64,000 nucleotides of DNA from Leptolyngbyaceae cyanobacterium clean351 (lineage in GTDB: Bacteria > Cyanobacteriota > Cyanobacteriia > DAIDHW01): contig DAIDHW010000003.1 in assembly GCA_027451865.1 (NCBI GenBank), forward strand, positions 6,891-70,890, written 5' to 3'. Below the pieces are notes generated by a model, which was not told the origin of the DNA, searched no databases, and worked only from the letters and a program-made list of their open reading frames with translations. Positions within the stretch are counted from its first letter, which is position 1; each line of letters starts with the position of its first letter. Positions 17,807-27,613 of this stretch are shown one piece after another. Both the position numbers and the translations under genes were made by a program.

Positions 17807-19507
17807 ATGCTAATTTGCCCTCAGTGCCAAACTGAAACTAACGAGCTGAACAAATTTTGTCTACAGTGTGGTGGGTCCTTGACCAGCAAGCGCTGCCCGG
17901 CCTGCGGCACAACCGTTAGTTTCACGGACCAGGAGTGCCCCAACTGTACAGCTTTCGTGGGCACCACCTACCAGGTCCTCCTGGAGGGAGACCCTCTCGC
18001 GGAGTCTTCATCTACCCACCTTGACCCCCAGGAGCGCTATAGAATCCTGGACCTGCGTCTTGCCGAGGGGACCCTAGTCCGGGGGCTAGTTCTCGACTCC
18101 CAGCCCTTCCAAACCCCCCTAGGCCAACCCCCTCGCCCCCAACTGGCCCAGACCTACCAGGACCTGCAGGGGCAGCTGTACTCAGCGGTACCCAAGGTTG
18201 GGGATAGTTGGCTGGAACCCCAGCGACAAATAGTGCTCCTCGAAGACCGCTCTCGCTGGACCCCCCTGGGGGAACGTTGGCAAAAGGGCCCTGTGCCCGC
18301 CCTCCAACTTTTGCATTGGCTCCACGATCTGGCCCAATTCTGGCAAGTCCTAGAGCCCCATGGGTTCCGACAGACGGTTCTAGAACTAGATAACCTGCGT
18401 CTAGATGAGGATGAATCTCTAGGTTTTCAGTACCTGTACCCTGACCCAGGCCCCCTGACCTTAGCTGATCTGGGACACTCTTGGCAGAAACTCCTGGAAA
18501 ACTCCCCGGATCCCTTGAGTGAAGCCCTAGTCCATCTGTTATCGAGCCTGATTGAAGGTAAACTTCAAAGTACCGCGGAGCTGTCAGCCCTGCTAGAGCA
18601 GATTGTCGAGGCCATGAACTTGCCGGATGACTCGGCCGATGAGGTAGGGGATGATACCCCCACGGTAGTCCTGCCCATGCAACTGTACAGCGTTGAGGAT
18701 GCGGCCCTAACTGATAATGGCAGCCAACGCAGCCACAACGAGGACAGCTTCGGGGTCAGCGTCAGTATGCACAAGGAGGAGGGGCCGGCGGGGCGCAGCC
18801 TGAAGTTTCGGGGACTGTATATCCTGTGCGATGGCATGGGAGGCCACGCGGGGGGAGAAGTCGCCAGTGCCCTGGCGGTCAAGACTCTCCAGGCTTACTT
18901 CCAGGCCCACTGGGGGGAAACTCTCCCCACCCAAGCGGAAGTTTTGGCGGGGGTGCAGGAGGCCAACCAAGCTATCTATGACATTAACCAAGAGCAAGAC
19001 AGCTCCGGCAGTGGCCGCATGGGTACTACCCTGGTTCTAGTCCTAGTCCAGGATACGGACTTGGTGGTAGCCCACGTGGGGGATAGTCGTCTCTACCGCC
19101 TGCGCCGCAAGGAGGGCTTAGAACAACTGACCGTGGACCACGAGGTGGGACAGCGGGAGATTCAGTGGGGAGTAGATGCGGCCATCGCCTACGCCCGTCC
19201 CGACGCCTACCAACTCACCCAAGCCCTTGGCCCCCGCGGCGACGACTTTATTAATCCCGACATTCAATACTTTTGTGTGCGAGAGGATAGCCTGTTTCTC
19301 CTGTGCTCCGACGGCCTCAGTGACAACGACTTCCTCGAGGAGCACTGGCAGGAGCACCTGAAACCCTTGCTCAGCTCCCAAACCAATCTCGAGCAGGGGG
19401 TAGCCCGCCTAGTTGAACTAGGTAATAATTACAACGGCCACGACAACATCACTGCCCTAGCGGTACGGATTAAGGTGAGGCCGAATATGGCCTTGATGCG
19501 CTCCTAG
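17807..19507 (+). CDS. PP2C-family Ser/Thr phosphatase with N-terminal double zinc ribbon
   Basis: Four CxxC motifs at the N-terminus; RSHNED, CDGMGGH, HVGDSR, LCSDGL and GHDNIT. Confidence 0.92.
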   Translation: MLICPQCQTETNELNKFCLQCGGSLTSKRCPACGTTVSFTDQECPNCTAFVGTTYQVLLEGDPLAESSSTHLDPQERYRILDLRLAEGTLVRGLVLDSQPFQTPLGQPPRPQLAQTYQDLQGQLYSAVPKVGDSWLEPQRQIVLLEDRSRWTPLGERWQKGPVPALQLLHWLHDLAQFWQVLEPHGFRQTVLELDNLRLDEDESLGFQYLYPDPGPLTLADLGHSWQKLLENSPDPLSEALVHLLSSLIEGKLQSTAELSALLEQIVEAMNLPDDSADEVGDDTPTVVLPMQLYSVEDAALTDNGSQRSHNEDSFGVSVSMHKEEGPAGRSLKFRGLYILCDGMGGHAGGEVASALAVKTLQAYFQAHWGETLPTQAEVLAGVQEANQAIYDINQEQDSSGSGRMGTTLVLVLVQDTDLVVAHVGDSRLYRLRRKEGLEQLTVDHEVGQREIQWGVDAAIAYARPDAYQLTQALGPRGDDFINPDIQYFCVREDSLFLLCSDGLSDNDFLEEHWQEHLKPLLSSQTNLEQGVARLVELGNNYNGHDNITALAVRIKVRPNMALMRS

Positions 19508-20046
19508 GAATGGAATACCGGCCACACTCCCAGAATAACCCACAGGTCTGCCCCGAGTAAGCCTAAACTACACCCCAGGAGGGCCAGGTACATCCAGGGT
19601 TGGGCCAGGGGCCGGATAGTACTAGTGTCGAGCTGACTGTGGGCCTGGAGGAGGCGCAGGAATTGGGCAAAGCCGCTAATGCGCATCGGCAGCAGGTAGG
19701 CCTGACCCTGGGTAGTAGTTAGGTAGTGGGCTCGGCCCCCCTGGCTGGTGGGGCGGTACTCTAGGGAGGCTACCTCGGTCCAGCTGACCGCCCAGCCCCG
19801 CACCAGCCACCCCGGTACCCAGGCAGGGTAGGAGACCCTCAGACCCTCGGCATCCACCTCCACCCGTTGACCGAGGAGGCCCTGAAGGGCCAGGAGCCCT
19901 AATAGCACTCCTGCTGACCCCCAGGCCAGGGACCCCCACTTCTGTTTGAGGACTAACAGGACCGGCAGGGGCAACAACAGGGCCCCTAGGAGGAGGTACA
20001 GAGATAGGCGAATTAGGGGGGAGATGCGGAAAACTGTAACCGTCAT
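19504..20046 (-). CDS. Conserved hypothetical membrane protein
   Basis: FRISPLIRLSL...TSQGGRAHYL...LLPMRISGF...RPLAQPWMY; TM helices; ATG 20046. Confidence 0.75.
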   Translation of the reverse strand: MTVTVFRISPLIRLSLYLLLGALLLPLPVLLVLKQKWGSLAWGSAGVLLGLLALQGLLGQRVEVDAEGLRVSYPAWVPGWLVRGWAVSWTEVASLEYRPTSQGGRAHYLTTTQGQAYLLPMRISGFAQFLRLLQAHSQLDTSTIRPLAQPWMYLALLGCSLGLLGADLWVILGVWPVFHS

Positions 20047-20062
20047 GGGGGCTAGGTAGGGT

Positions 20063-21025
20063 TTAGGTGAGGGTGTGGCGGCGGAAAAAGTCCCAGACCA
20101 CCTGCGTAGCATTAATGGCATGACTGACCGGACCCACCAGGGCTGGCCGGTGCACATCAGTGCCGGGCCAGGAGTGACCAGCGCCCTCCAGGGTGTACAG
20201 CAGGACCTCAGCTGCCCGACTACAGTGGTTATAGTCGGTTTCCACTGCTCTGGTGCCATCGCCGCTGGGATTGGGGGGGCTAGTCTGGATGGCCTGACCG
20301 ACACAGTGGTCCTGGGAACGCCAAAAGTTAACCGTCTGGAGCACCGAGAGGATTTTCCCCCCAGCTCCCAACTGTACTGTCCCCCCGTTGTAGGGGACTA
20401 TCGGGTCGGCGGTGCCGTTGATCATTAGCAGGGATACCGGGCGGGTGGGGTGACAGTGGTCCACGAGAGCCTGGGGCATGGTGGCATTTAGGGAAGCAAA
20501 GGCGGCAAAGCGCTCCGACAGTTCGCAGGCTAGGCGCTGAACCATAAATCCTCCGTTGGAGGTGCCTACGGCGTAGATACGCCGCTGGTCTATGGTGCGG
20601 ACCGTAGATAGCTCAGTAATCAGGTCGCGCACAAAACCCACATCATCGACGTGGGGGAGGCCGGAGGTATCTCGGCCATCATTCCAGTGGTGGTCAACGC
20701 CGTTGGGATACGCCACCAAGAACCCATCCCGTTCCGCTAGGTCATTGAAGCGGGTGTTTGCTGCTAGGCGGTCGCCTTGGCCGTGACCACCGTGGAAAGC
20801 CACAACCAAAGGTAAGGCCTGACTTGGCCGGTAGGAGGAGGGGGTGTACAGGTAAAAGCTGCGCTCCGGACCGCTCCTAGTGGCCAGTTGCCCAGAGACC
20901 ATAGCTCCGATCTCCCCGGCGGGAACCGAGGTCGTAGCCCGGGAGTTGCAGGCGGGCAGCAAACTTAAGGCAATCGCCATCCCCAAACCAACTAAAAACC
21001 AGCTCAAGGGGTTAGAACGGAACAT
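20063..21025 (-). CDS. LpqP/PHB-depolymerase-family esterase, probable lipoprotein
   Basis: Lipobox-like LPAC, VAFHGG, GTSNGG nucleophile elbow, GTADP and GHSWPG. Confidence 0.88.
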   Translation of the reverse strand: MFRSNPLSWFLVGLGMAIALSLLPACNSRATTSVPAGEIGAMVSGQLATRSGPERSFYLYTPSSYRPSQALPLVVAFHGGHGQGDRLAANTRFNDLAERDGFLVAYPNGVDHHWNDGRDTSGLPHVDDVGFVRDLITELSTVRTIDQRRIYAVGTSNGGFMVQRLACELSERFAAFASLNATMPQALVDHCHPTRPVSLLMINGTADPIVPYNGGTVQLGAGGKILSVLQTVNFWRSQDHCVGQAIQTSPPNPSGDGTRAVETDYNHCSRAAEVLLYTLEGAGHSWPGTDVHRPALVGPVSHAINATQVVWDFFRRHTLT

Positions 21026-21080
21026 CCTAGGGCACCTAATAAATCCTACAAATCTTGTTACAAATCTTGGGCGAGTTTTC

Positions 21081-22583
21081 CTAAGGGGCTGATTTTAGCC
21101 CCTGCCAGACCTCCAAACCACCCCGGGGGTTATCCTGGTAAACCCACTCTGAACCCTGCTTGACTGCTAGGCGTGGCCCAAAGGGATTGGTGGTGCCGAT
21201 AAACAGACCGTGGGGAGTTGAAACCATAGTCCGCAAACCGATATTGTAACGGTTGCCCAACCCCCCCCGGTCCACCGGCAGCCAATTTTCCCCGTCGGCA
21301 GACCGCCACAGCTCAAAGCCTCCCGGTTGGCGGAGGATGGTGTCTATGCCCACCTGGGTAATTAACCGCCGTTGCCGCGCCGGCAAACCGCCGAGACGCC
21401 GCCAAGTCAACATTAAGCCCGCCATGTTAAAGGTCCCCAGGTACAGCCACCCTTCGTGGACTGCCATGGTCCAGAAATAGCCGTTGAGCAGGTTGCCAAA
21501 CCCCGGTGGGTAGGTACTCAGGGGCTCCCCCTGACTAGAACGGCGGCGATTCCCGACCACCACTTGCCAGGTGTGGTCACAGTTGAGCCGCACCAGCTCC
21601 GCCCCCCCGGGGCCGATCCGATTGACCACATCGTAACCGGCTTGCTGGATACCTGAGCCAATGTACAAAGCATCCCCAAAGGGCATCATGGCTAGGGCAA
21701 TCTGGTTGAGGGGGCCCCGGCCCGCCCCGGCCTTGACCACCTGCCGCCATTGCCCATCGCCGGTTGTGTCCCAAACCTGATAGCCCTGGTTATTCAAGGT
21801 GCCGGCGTAGAGGCGCCCCTGAAATTCCGCGAGGGTAAACACCCCTTCATTGGTTTCATCGCCAAACCCCGGCTCACTGACCTGCTGCCAACTGCCCCGG
21901 GCTGGGTCAGCGCTGGCGTAGATAATCGGAGCTCCGGAGATGTTACTGCGCCCCGGGCGACTGGCCGAGGGGGAGGCTTGACGGGTAGCTGTCGGGGAAG
22001 TGTACAGACGGCCCTTGTAGGCAACCAACAGCCGGGAACTGACGATGGCAAGCCCCAGGTCGCGGTAGTCAAGGACCGGGGTGAAGGTTTCTCCATCCTG
22101 GGAGCGCAGGATCATCGCTCCGGGGGCCCGGCCAGGGGAGGTGGTGGCCACGTAGAGGGCCGGGGCTACATCCGACTCCCCCTGAAACACCGTCATAGCT
22201 CGGTAACCGTACTCCCGAGCCACCTGGGAGCCATCGGTACCCTCCACAAGGGGCGCTTGGAGGACCTGGCGCCAGGTCCTAGTCTCAGGGGTATAGCACC
22301 AGATCTGGGCCCGCCGGTCTAGGGCGTAGATGCCCTCCAAATCATCGGGGCACTCTACCGGCCAGACCTCTAAGTCCCAGGCCTGGCAAATTCCCTGGTG
22401 TAGTTTTACTAAACAAAAGTTAGCCCGGGTAGTGCCCACGTAGAGACGGCCCTGGAACCAGGCCATGGAGTGGGCATAGCTATTGTAGCCATCCCCAAAC
22501 CCCTGGGTAGCAATGGGCCGAAAGTCCTTAGCACTCAACCCCCGGGCAGCTCCGGTAAGGCGTTCTTTAGTTAAAATAGTCAT
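21081..22583 (-). CDS. Hypothetical beta-propeller-like repeat protein
   Basis: Repeated GFG(D/N)..N...(M/L)..(F/H).G.LY.GT blades; no signal peptide. Confidence 0.75.
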   Translation of the reverse strand: MTILTKERLTGAARGLSAKDFRPIATQGFGDGYNSYAHSMAWFQGRLYVGTTRANFCLVKLHQGICQAWDLEVWPVECPDDLEGIYALDRRAQIWCYTPETRTWRQVLQAPLVEGTDGSQVAREYGYRAMTVFQGESDVAPALYVATTSPGRAPGAMILRSQDGETFTPVLDYRDLGLAIVSSRLLVAYKGRLYTSPTATRQASPSASRPGRSNISGAPIIYASADPARGSWQQVSEPGFGDETNEGVFTLAEFQGRLYAGTLNNQGYQVWDTTGDGQWRQVVKAGAGRGPLNQIALAMMPFGDALYIGSGIQQAGYDVVNRIGPGGAELVRLNCDHTWQVVVGNRRRSSQGEPLSTYPPGFGNLLNGYFWTMAVHEGWLYLGTFNMAGLMLTWRRLGGLPARQRRLITQVGIDTILRQPGGFELWRSADGENWLPVDRGGLGNRYNIGLRTMVSTPHGLFIGTTNPFGPRLAVKQGSEWVYQDNPRGGLEVWQGLKSAP

Positions 22584-22618
22584 CGGGTTTTTGGTGAGGT
22601 TCTCGTTAGCAGACGTTC

Positions 22619-23575
22619 ATGACAGATATCCCCCAGCCTATCTTCATTTTGGCTTCTCCCCGGTCCTACACCTCCTTGGTTTGCGGCATGCTCGGGCAGC
22701 ACCCCCAAGCCTACGGGGTGCCGGAGCTGAATTTGTTTCTTGGCGACACCCTCGAGGGTTTCCTCCAGGAGATCCGTAAACAGCCCCGGAAGTTACACGG
22801 TCTGCTGCGGGTAGTAGCCCAACTCTACGCTGGGGAACAGACCCTGAGTGCCGTAGAGATGGCCAAGCGCTGGATAATATCACGCCTCTCCTGTAGCAGT
22901 GCGGAAATCTACTGCCAATTGGGGGCCAAGGTGGCTCCCTGCCGGATTGTCGATAAAAGCCCAGCCTATTCCCTCGACATCACCCATCTCTACCGGATTG
23001 GCCGGGCCTTCCCCCAGGCTCATTTTGTCCACCTAGTGCGTCATCCCCGGGCCCAGGGAGAGTCCTTGATGCGCCTGATGCCCCAGGTTTATCGGGCTAA
23101 GCAAAACTTACACCCCGAGGCCCGGGGAGGGGTGCGGGTCACCACTACCCTGGTCAACATGGTTGACATCCACACCGACCCACCCACCATTGATTTCCAA
23201 TACCTGTGGTACCGGATGCAGTACCGGATTCGGGAATTTTTCCAGACCCTACCCCCTGACCGGAAACTGGTGTTGCGGGGGGAGGACCTCCTGGGGGACC
23301 CCCACCGGCAGTTTCAGGCCCTGTGCACGTGGCTGGGGTTATCCTGGAGCGAAACGGACTACCAGGCCATGGTCCATCCAGAGGAATCTCCCTACGCCAG
23401 TTTCGGGCCCCTAGGAGCCAACCTGGGTAATGACCCCAACTTCCTGCGCAATCCCCACTACCAGCAGCGCCCGATCAAGCCGAGTTCCCTTGAAGGCCCC
23501 CTCCCCTGGCGCCGGGACCAGGCCGGCTTCCTACCGGCAGTGGTTCAGATGGCCCAAGAGTACGGGTATCAGTAG
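22619..23575 (+). CDS. PAPS-dependent sulfotransferase (Sulfotransfer_3-like)
   Basis: PIFILASPRSYTS (5'-PSB loop), GQHP, DKSP and HLVRHPR (3'-PB). Confidence 0.88.
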   Translation: MTDIPQPIFILASPRSYTSLVCGMLGQHPQAYGVPELNLFLGDTLEGFLQEIRKQPRKLHGLLRVVAQLYAGEQTLSAVEMAKRWIISRLSCSSAEIYCQLGAKVAPCRIVDKSPAYSLDITHLYRIGRAFPQAHFVHLVRHPRAQGESLMRLMPQVYRAKQNLHPEARGGVRVTTTLVNMVDIHTDPPTIDFQYLWYRMQYRIREFFQTLPPDRKLVLRGEDLLGDPHRQFQALCTWLGLSWSETDYQAMVHPEESPYASFGPLGANLGNDPNFLRNPHYQQRPIKPSSLEGPLPWRRDQAGFLPAVVQMAQEYGYQ

Positions 23576-23581
23576 GGGGGA

Positions 23582-24217
23582 TTACTTATCGTGCTGGTTC
23601 TGCCAGATCTGCCGATACAAAAGCTCTAGTTCATTGCCGGAGCGGCGGAATACTCGCACCTGCTTGAACATAAACATCTGAAACAGCCGGTAGAAAGCCA
23701 GGCTCACAATTGCCACCACTAGGCCACTAGCAGTACTCACCAGGGACTCACCAATGCCGGTGGTCACCTGCGCGGTAGAAGCGGTTCCTAGGTCCCCTAG
23801 GCGAATCGACTCCAGGGAGTCAATCAGCCCGAGGACCGTCCCCAGTAGCCCCAGGAGGGGAGCCAGGGCAATCACGGACTCGAGCATTTTGTCTCCTTGA
23901 CGCATGGCTGCTAGCTCCTCCGCCGCCGCTGCCTCTAGGGCTAATCGAAAAGCCTCCGGGTCCGGGTCCTTCAAGCGCAAGGGGGCGTAGAGAAACCGGC
24001 CGATCGGCTGAGCCGCACACTGGCGGGCAATCTCGGTGGCTGCTTCCCAATCCTCGTAGGCTCGCTCCAGAATCGAATCTGCTAAAACCGCCTCCCGGGC
24101 CAGCATACGCCACCAAAACCACAGGCGCTCGAGAATCGTGGCCAAGGACAAAACCGATAGGCCCAGGAGGGGGACAAGAGCTACACCGCCCCGGGCAAAG
24201 ATCTCATGGAAGTTCAC
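23582..24217 (-). CDS. MotA/TolQ/ExbB proton channel protein
   Basis: [12 protein letters not shown] and [17 protein letters not shown]; three TM helices. Confidence 0.92.
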   Translation of the reverse strand: MNFHEIFARGGVALVPLLGLSVLSLATILERLWFWWRMLAREAVLADSILERAYEDWEAATEIARQCAAQPIGRFLYAPLRLKDPDPEAFRLALEAAAAEELAAMRQGDKMLESVIALAPLLGLLGTVLGLIDSLESIRLGDLGTASTAQVTTGIGESLVSTASGLVVAIVSLAFYRLFQMFMFKQVRVFRRSGNELELLYRQIWQNQHDK

Positions 24218-24308
24218 TCTTGTCGTCCCCTCAGGCGTTGCGGTGGTGTCTTAAGTTATCTTAAGAAGGCCCGGCTCAAATTATACCAAGAAAACCCCTC
24301 CCGCCCCC

Positions 24309-25394
24309 ATGACCCGCCGTACACCCCTCCACGACCTGATGCTCCACCTGGGGGCCCGCATGACTAAGTTTGCCGGCTGGGAGCTGCCCCTATCCTTTCA
24401 CGGAATTCTCCAGGAGCACCAGGCGGTCCGCACGGGGGGCGGGCTGTTTGACATTTCCCATATGGGCCGGTTCGAGCTAGTCGGGGTGGGTTTGATCGAT
24501 AAGCTTCAACCCCTAGTGCCCACGGACCTGAGCCGGCTCCAGCCAGGACAGGCTCAGTATACGGTCTTGCTGAACCCCGAGGGGGGCATCCTCGATGACT
24601 TGATTTTCTACTACCAGGGGGGAGAAGACCCCGCTCGGGGTCTGATGATCGTCAACGCTGGCCGGACGGCAGCCGATGAGGCCTGGCTCCAAACAAACCT
24701 GCCGCCGGGGGTGCGCCTGGAAAACACTACCTCGAAGCAGGCCCTGATCGCTTTCCAGGGTCCCCGGGCGGCCCTCTGGTTACAACCGCTAGTGGATCTG
24801 GACTTGGAAAAATTGCCTGGGTTTAGCCACAGCCCGGTCAGGGTCCTTGGTCAACCGGGTTGGCTAGCCCGGACTGGCTATACCGGGGAGGATGGGTTTG
24901 AGCTGCTGGTGTCGCCCCAAACGGGGGAGCACTTGTGGCGGGCCCTCCAGGGGGCGGGAGCAGCCGCCTGCGGCCTGGGGGCAAGAGACACCCTCAGACT
25001 AGAGGCGGCCTTGGGTTTGTACGGCCTAGATTTGGACGAGAGTACCACCCCCCTGGAGGCAGGCCTCAGCTGGCTGGTGGATTGGTCTAAGGGGGAATTC
25101 ATCGGCCGGGAGGCCTTGAGCGCCCAGAAGCACTCCGGCCTGCACCGGCGTCTAGTTGGTTTAACCACCCCTGGCCGCCACATCCCCCGCCATGGCTATC
25201 CCCTGGTGTACCAGGGGCAAAAGGTGGGGGAGGTCACCAGCGGCACCCTCGCCCCTTCCCTGGGACACCCTATCGCCCTGGGCTATGTCCCAAGAGCCCT
25301 GAGCTCCCCCGGCCAAACCCTGGGGGTGGAAATCCGTGGTCAGACCTGGGAGGTGACCGTAGCTAAGCGGCCCTTTTACCGGCGCAGCCAGTAG
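24309..25394 (+). CDS. gcvT: Glycine cleavage system aminomethyltransferase T
   Basis: RTPLH, FDISHMG, RTGYTGEDGFE and GLGARDTLRLEA. Confidence 0.96.
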   Translation: MTRRTPLHDLMLHLGARMTKFAGWELPLSFHGILQEHQAVRTGGGLFDISHMGRFELVGVGLIDKLQPLVPTDLSRLQPGQAQYTVLLNPEGGILDDLIFYYQGGEDPARGLMIVNAGRTAADEAWLQTNLPPGVRLENTTSKQALIAFQGPRAALWLQPLVDLDLEKLPGFSHSPVRVLGQPGWLARTGYTGEDGFELLVSPQTGEHLWRALQGAGAAACGLGARDTLRLEAALGLYGLDLDESTTPLEAGLSWLVDWSKGEFIGREALSAQKHSGLHRRLVGLTTPGRHIPRHGYPLVYQGQKVGEVTSGTLAPSLGHPIALGYVPRALSSPGQTLGVEIRGQTWEVTVAKRPFYRRSQ

Positions 25395-25461
25395 GGCGGT
25401 CTGATCATCCAGGCCCCAAGAGTCATGGGAACCAGGGTCAAGATCCAGGCCGCCCTCACCC

Positions 25462-27528
25462 CTAGGGAGTGGTAGTGCTCACCGGAGTGGTGCTGGGGTC
25501 TGTGGAGGGCCGGGGGTTGAAGTTGGCCGGAATGTGGTTAACAATCCCGAGCTGCTGGTCCACCGGGACAATGCCAATCGCCGCGCAGGAAGCACCGTTT
25601 TGAGCTGGTAGGCTGGTTAGCCAGCTGGTGGGGACTTCTGCGTAGCTAGCCGGCAGGGGAGCGGCATTGCCGTTCAGGCGGGCGTTGTCGAAGGCCCCGA
25701 GCAGGTCTGTGACGTCGGGGGTGAGGGCATCCTGGGGACCAAGACCACTCATGTGGAACTCGATCCTGCCCCGGCGGCGGCCCTCTAGTTCGTCGGGCAA
25801 CTTGGCTAGGGGCGGCAGGTTAAACAGGGCGTCCACGAACTTCACCACCGAGGCTTGGCTACCGGCGGAGCTGACGACGGCGTGGACTTGGGAGTAGGGG
25901 GAGATGAGGATCAGGGGGACCCGGGGGCCATCACTGACTACTGAACCATCGGGGCCGTGGCTCAGGACCGGCGGCGGTACGTGGTCGTAATCCCCCTCCG
26001 AGTCGTCAAAGGTGATGATGATCACCGAGTGCTTCCAGTAGGGGCTCTGGGCGATGGCGTTGACGGCCCGGGCTAGGAGCACGTCACTGATCTGGGCATC
26101 GGAGTAGGCCGGGTGGTCATCATCCCCGAGAAAGTTCTTCTGGACGTTGGGGTCTGGGTTGGTGGGGGTCAGGCCAAAGATGTTTTCAAAGCCCCCCTTG
26201 ACGTAGAACACCCCACCCGCCGGGGGGAGAGAGCGCTGCTGCAGAGCAGTGAAGAAGTCGTTGAGGCCGTGGAGGTGAGCGCGCAGGCTAGGGTTGTTGG
26301 CAATGTAGCCAAAGTACTGGGGGCCGTTGTGGTGGGTGACGTAGGAGGCGTGGGTGCCCTGGACCGCTGGCCCTAGATCCGTCGGTTCTCGGTCGAAGCC
26401 CTCTTCATACCAGCCCCATTGGACGGTCCTGCCGCCCCGGGCGGTGATAGCCTTGACGTCTTGGCCCACATCGGCCAGGTCGGTGCTGGGCATGGTGTCC
26501 TGCTGGGCAACCGAACCGAGGCTACCCCCCTGGAGGGTCAGGGGGAGGGAAGCGTAGGTTTGATTGTACTGGGTGGTGAAGGGACCACTGCCAGTAAAGT
26601 CACCCGGGTTGACCGGCAGGCGTTGGCTGGGGGGGTTGGGGTCGTTGGGGGAGCCCCATAGGGGGTCGGTGTCGTTCACCACCGGCTCCCCTGGGCCACT
26701 ATTGCCGTTGCCGGTGAAGGCGAGGTTAGGGTGTAAAACCCACTGGGTTAGACCAGTCTGGGCGGCGATAATCGAGAGGTTACCGGGAGTCGAGGGGCCG
26801 GCAATATCCTCAAAGATGTGGTCAAACAGGGTGAAGCGGGCCGCGTAGTTCCACAGGATGGGTACGGTGTTACAGTCCTCGTGGGCCATGGCTAGCTCGC
26901 CGTACTGCAGGGCCTTCAGGGAGGGGTTACCGCTGGGGCTGTACTTAAGCTCCTCGGTAATGGAGAAGCGGTCCATGCGGGGATGGGTACCTACAACGTC
27001 CATTTTCTGGACCGTCAGGGCGTGGGAGTGGTCGATGTCGTCGGTGTCGGCGGCGTACTGGGCCGGACCAATGAGGAAGGGCTGAATGGTGGTCGTCGTC
27101 CCGTTCAGAAGCACGATCTGTTGGTTAAACCCCAGGGTCCGAGAGGGGGGCTGGGAGTAGAGACCGTCAGCCCCTGGGTAGGTGCCCAACAGGGAGTCGA
27201 AGCTGCGGTTTTCTTGGTAGAGCACAAACACATACCGGATGTGGCGCCGCAGCAGGGCCAATTTCTGGGCGGGGGTCAGAAGGGGCTCATCCCGGCTGGG
27301 TACCACGTAGGGCACCACGGAGGCCGGGGGCTGGATGTTGACTAGGCCAGGTTGACCGCTGCCCTTCCAATCCACAACGGTCCGGGGCTGGAGGGCGAGG
27401 GCGGCCAGGGGCTGGGCCAGCTCCAGGGAGCATAGAACAGCTGTGAGGGCCAGGGAACTGATACTTATCTGAGGGAGTCGCATACTTAGCAGTTTCCTTG
27501 TCCTAAATTGAGGATGGGCTGCCAGCAT
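25462..27528 (-). CDS. Secreted phosphoesterase (phospholipase C/acid phosphatase AcpA family)
   Basis: Signal-peptide-like N-terminus; QENRSFD, GPSTPGN, DDHP, FDDSEGDYDHVPP and GPRVP; true start may be the second Met. Confidence 0.87.
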   Translation of the reverse strand: MLAAHPQFRTRKLLSMRLPQISISSLALTAVLCSLELAQPLAALALQPRTVVDWKGSGQPGLVNIQPPASVVPYVVPSRDEPLLTPAQKLALLRRHIRYVFVLYQENRSFDSLLGTYPGADGLYSQPPSRTLGFNQQIVLLNGTTTTIQPFLIGPAQYAADTDDIDHSHALTVQKMDVVGTHPRMDRFSITEELKYSPSGNPSLKALQYGELAMAHEDCNTVPILWNYAARFTLFDHIFEDIAGPSTPGNLSIIAAQTGLTQWVLHPNLAFTGNGNSGPGEPVVNDTDPLWGSPNDPNPPSQRLPVNPGDFTGSGPFTTQYNQTYASLPLTLQGGSLGSVAQQDTMPSTDLADVGQDVKAITARGGRTVQWGWYEEGFDREPTDLGPAVQGTHASYVTHHNGPQYFGYIANNPSLRAHLHGLNDFFTALQQRSLPPAGGVFYVKGGFENIFGLTPTNPDPNVQKNFLGDDDHPAYSDAQISDVLLARAVNAIAQSPYWKHSVIIITFDDSEGDYDHVPPPVLSHGPDGSVVSDGPRVPLILISPYSQVHAVVSSAGSQASVVKFVDALFNLPPLAKLPDELEGRRRGRIEFHMSGLGPQDALTPDVTDLLGAFDNARLNGNAAPLPASYAEVPTSWLTSLPAQNGASCAAIGIVPVDQQLGIVNHIPANFNPRPSTDPSTTPVSTTTP

Positions 27529-27613
27529 GATACCGCCACCCCTGAACTAGGGCATGTCAGGCAGCAAACATCAACCCGGAATTTTTCCGACCAAACGTGA
27601 CCCTGGCAACCCC

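Noticed and set aside
26628-26652. G-run clusters as G-quadruplex elements (also near 58720)
   Set aside because: They are the reverse complement of Pro-rich codons in minus-strand genes, and G/C runs are common throughout the window.
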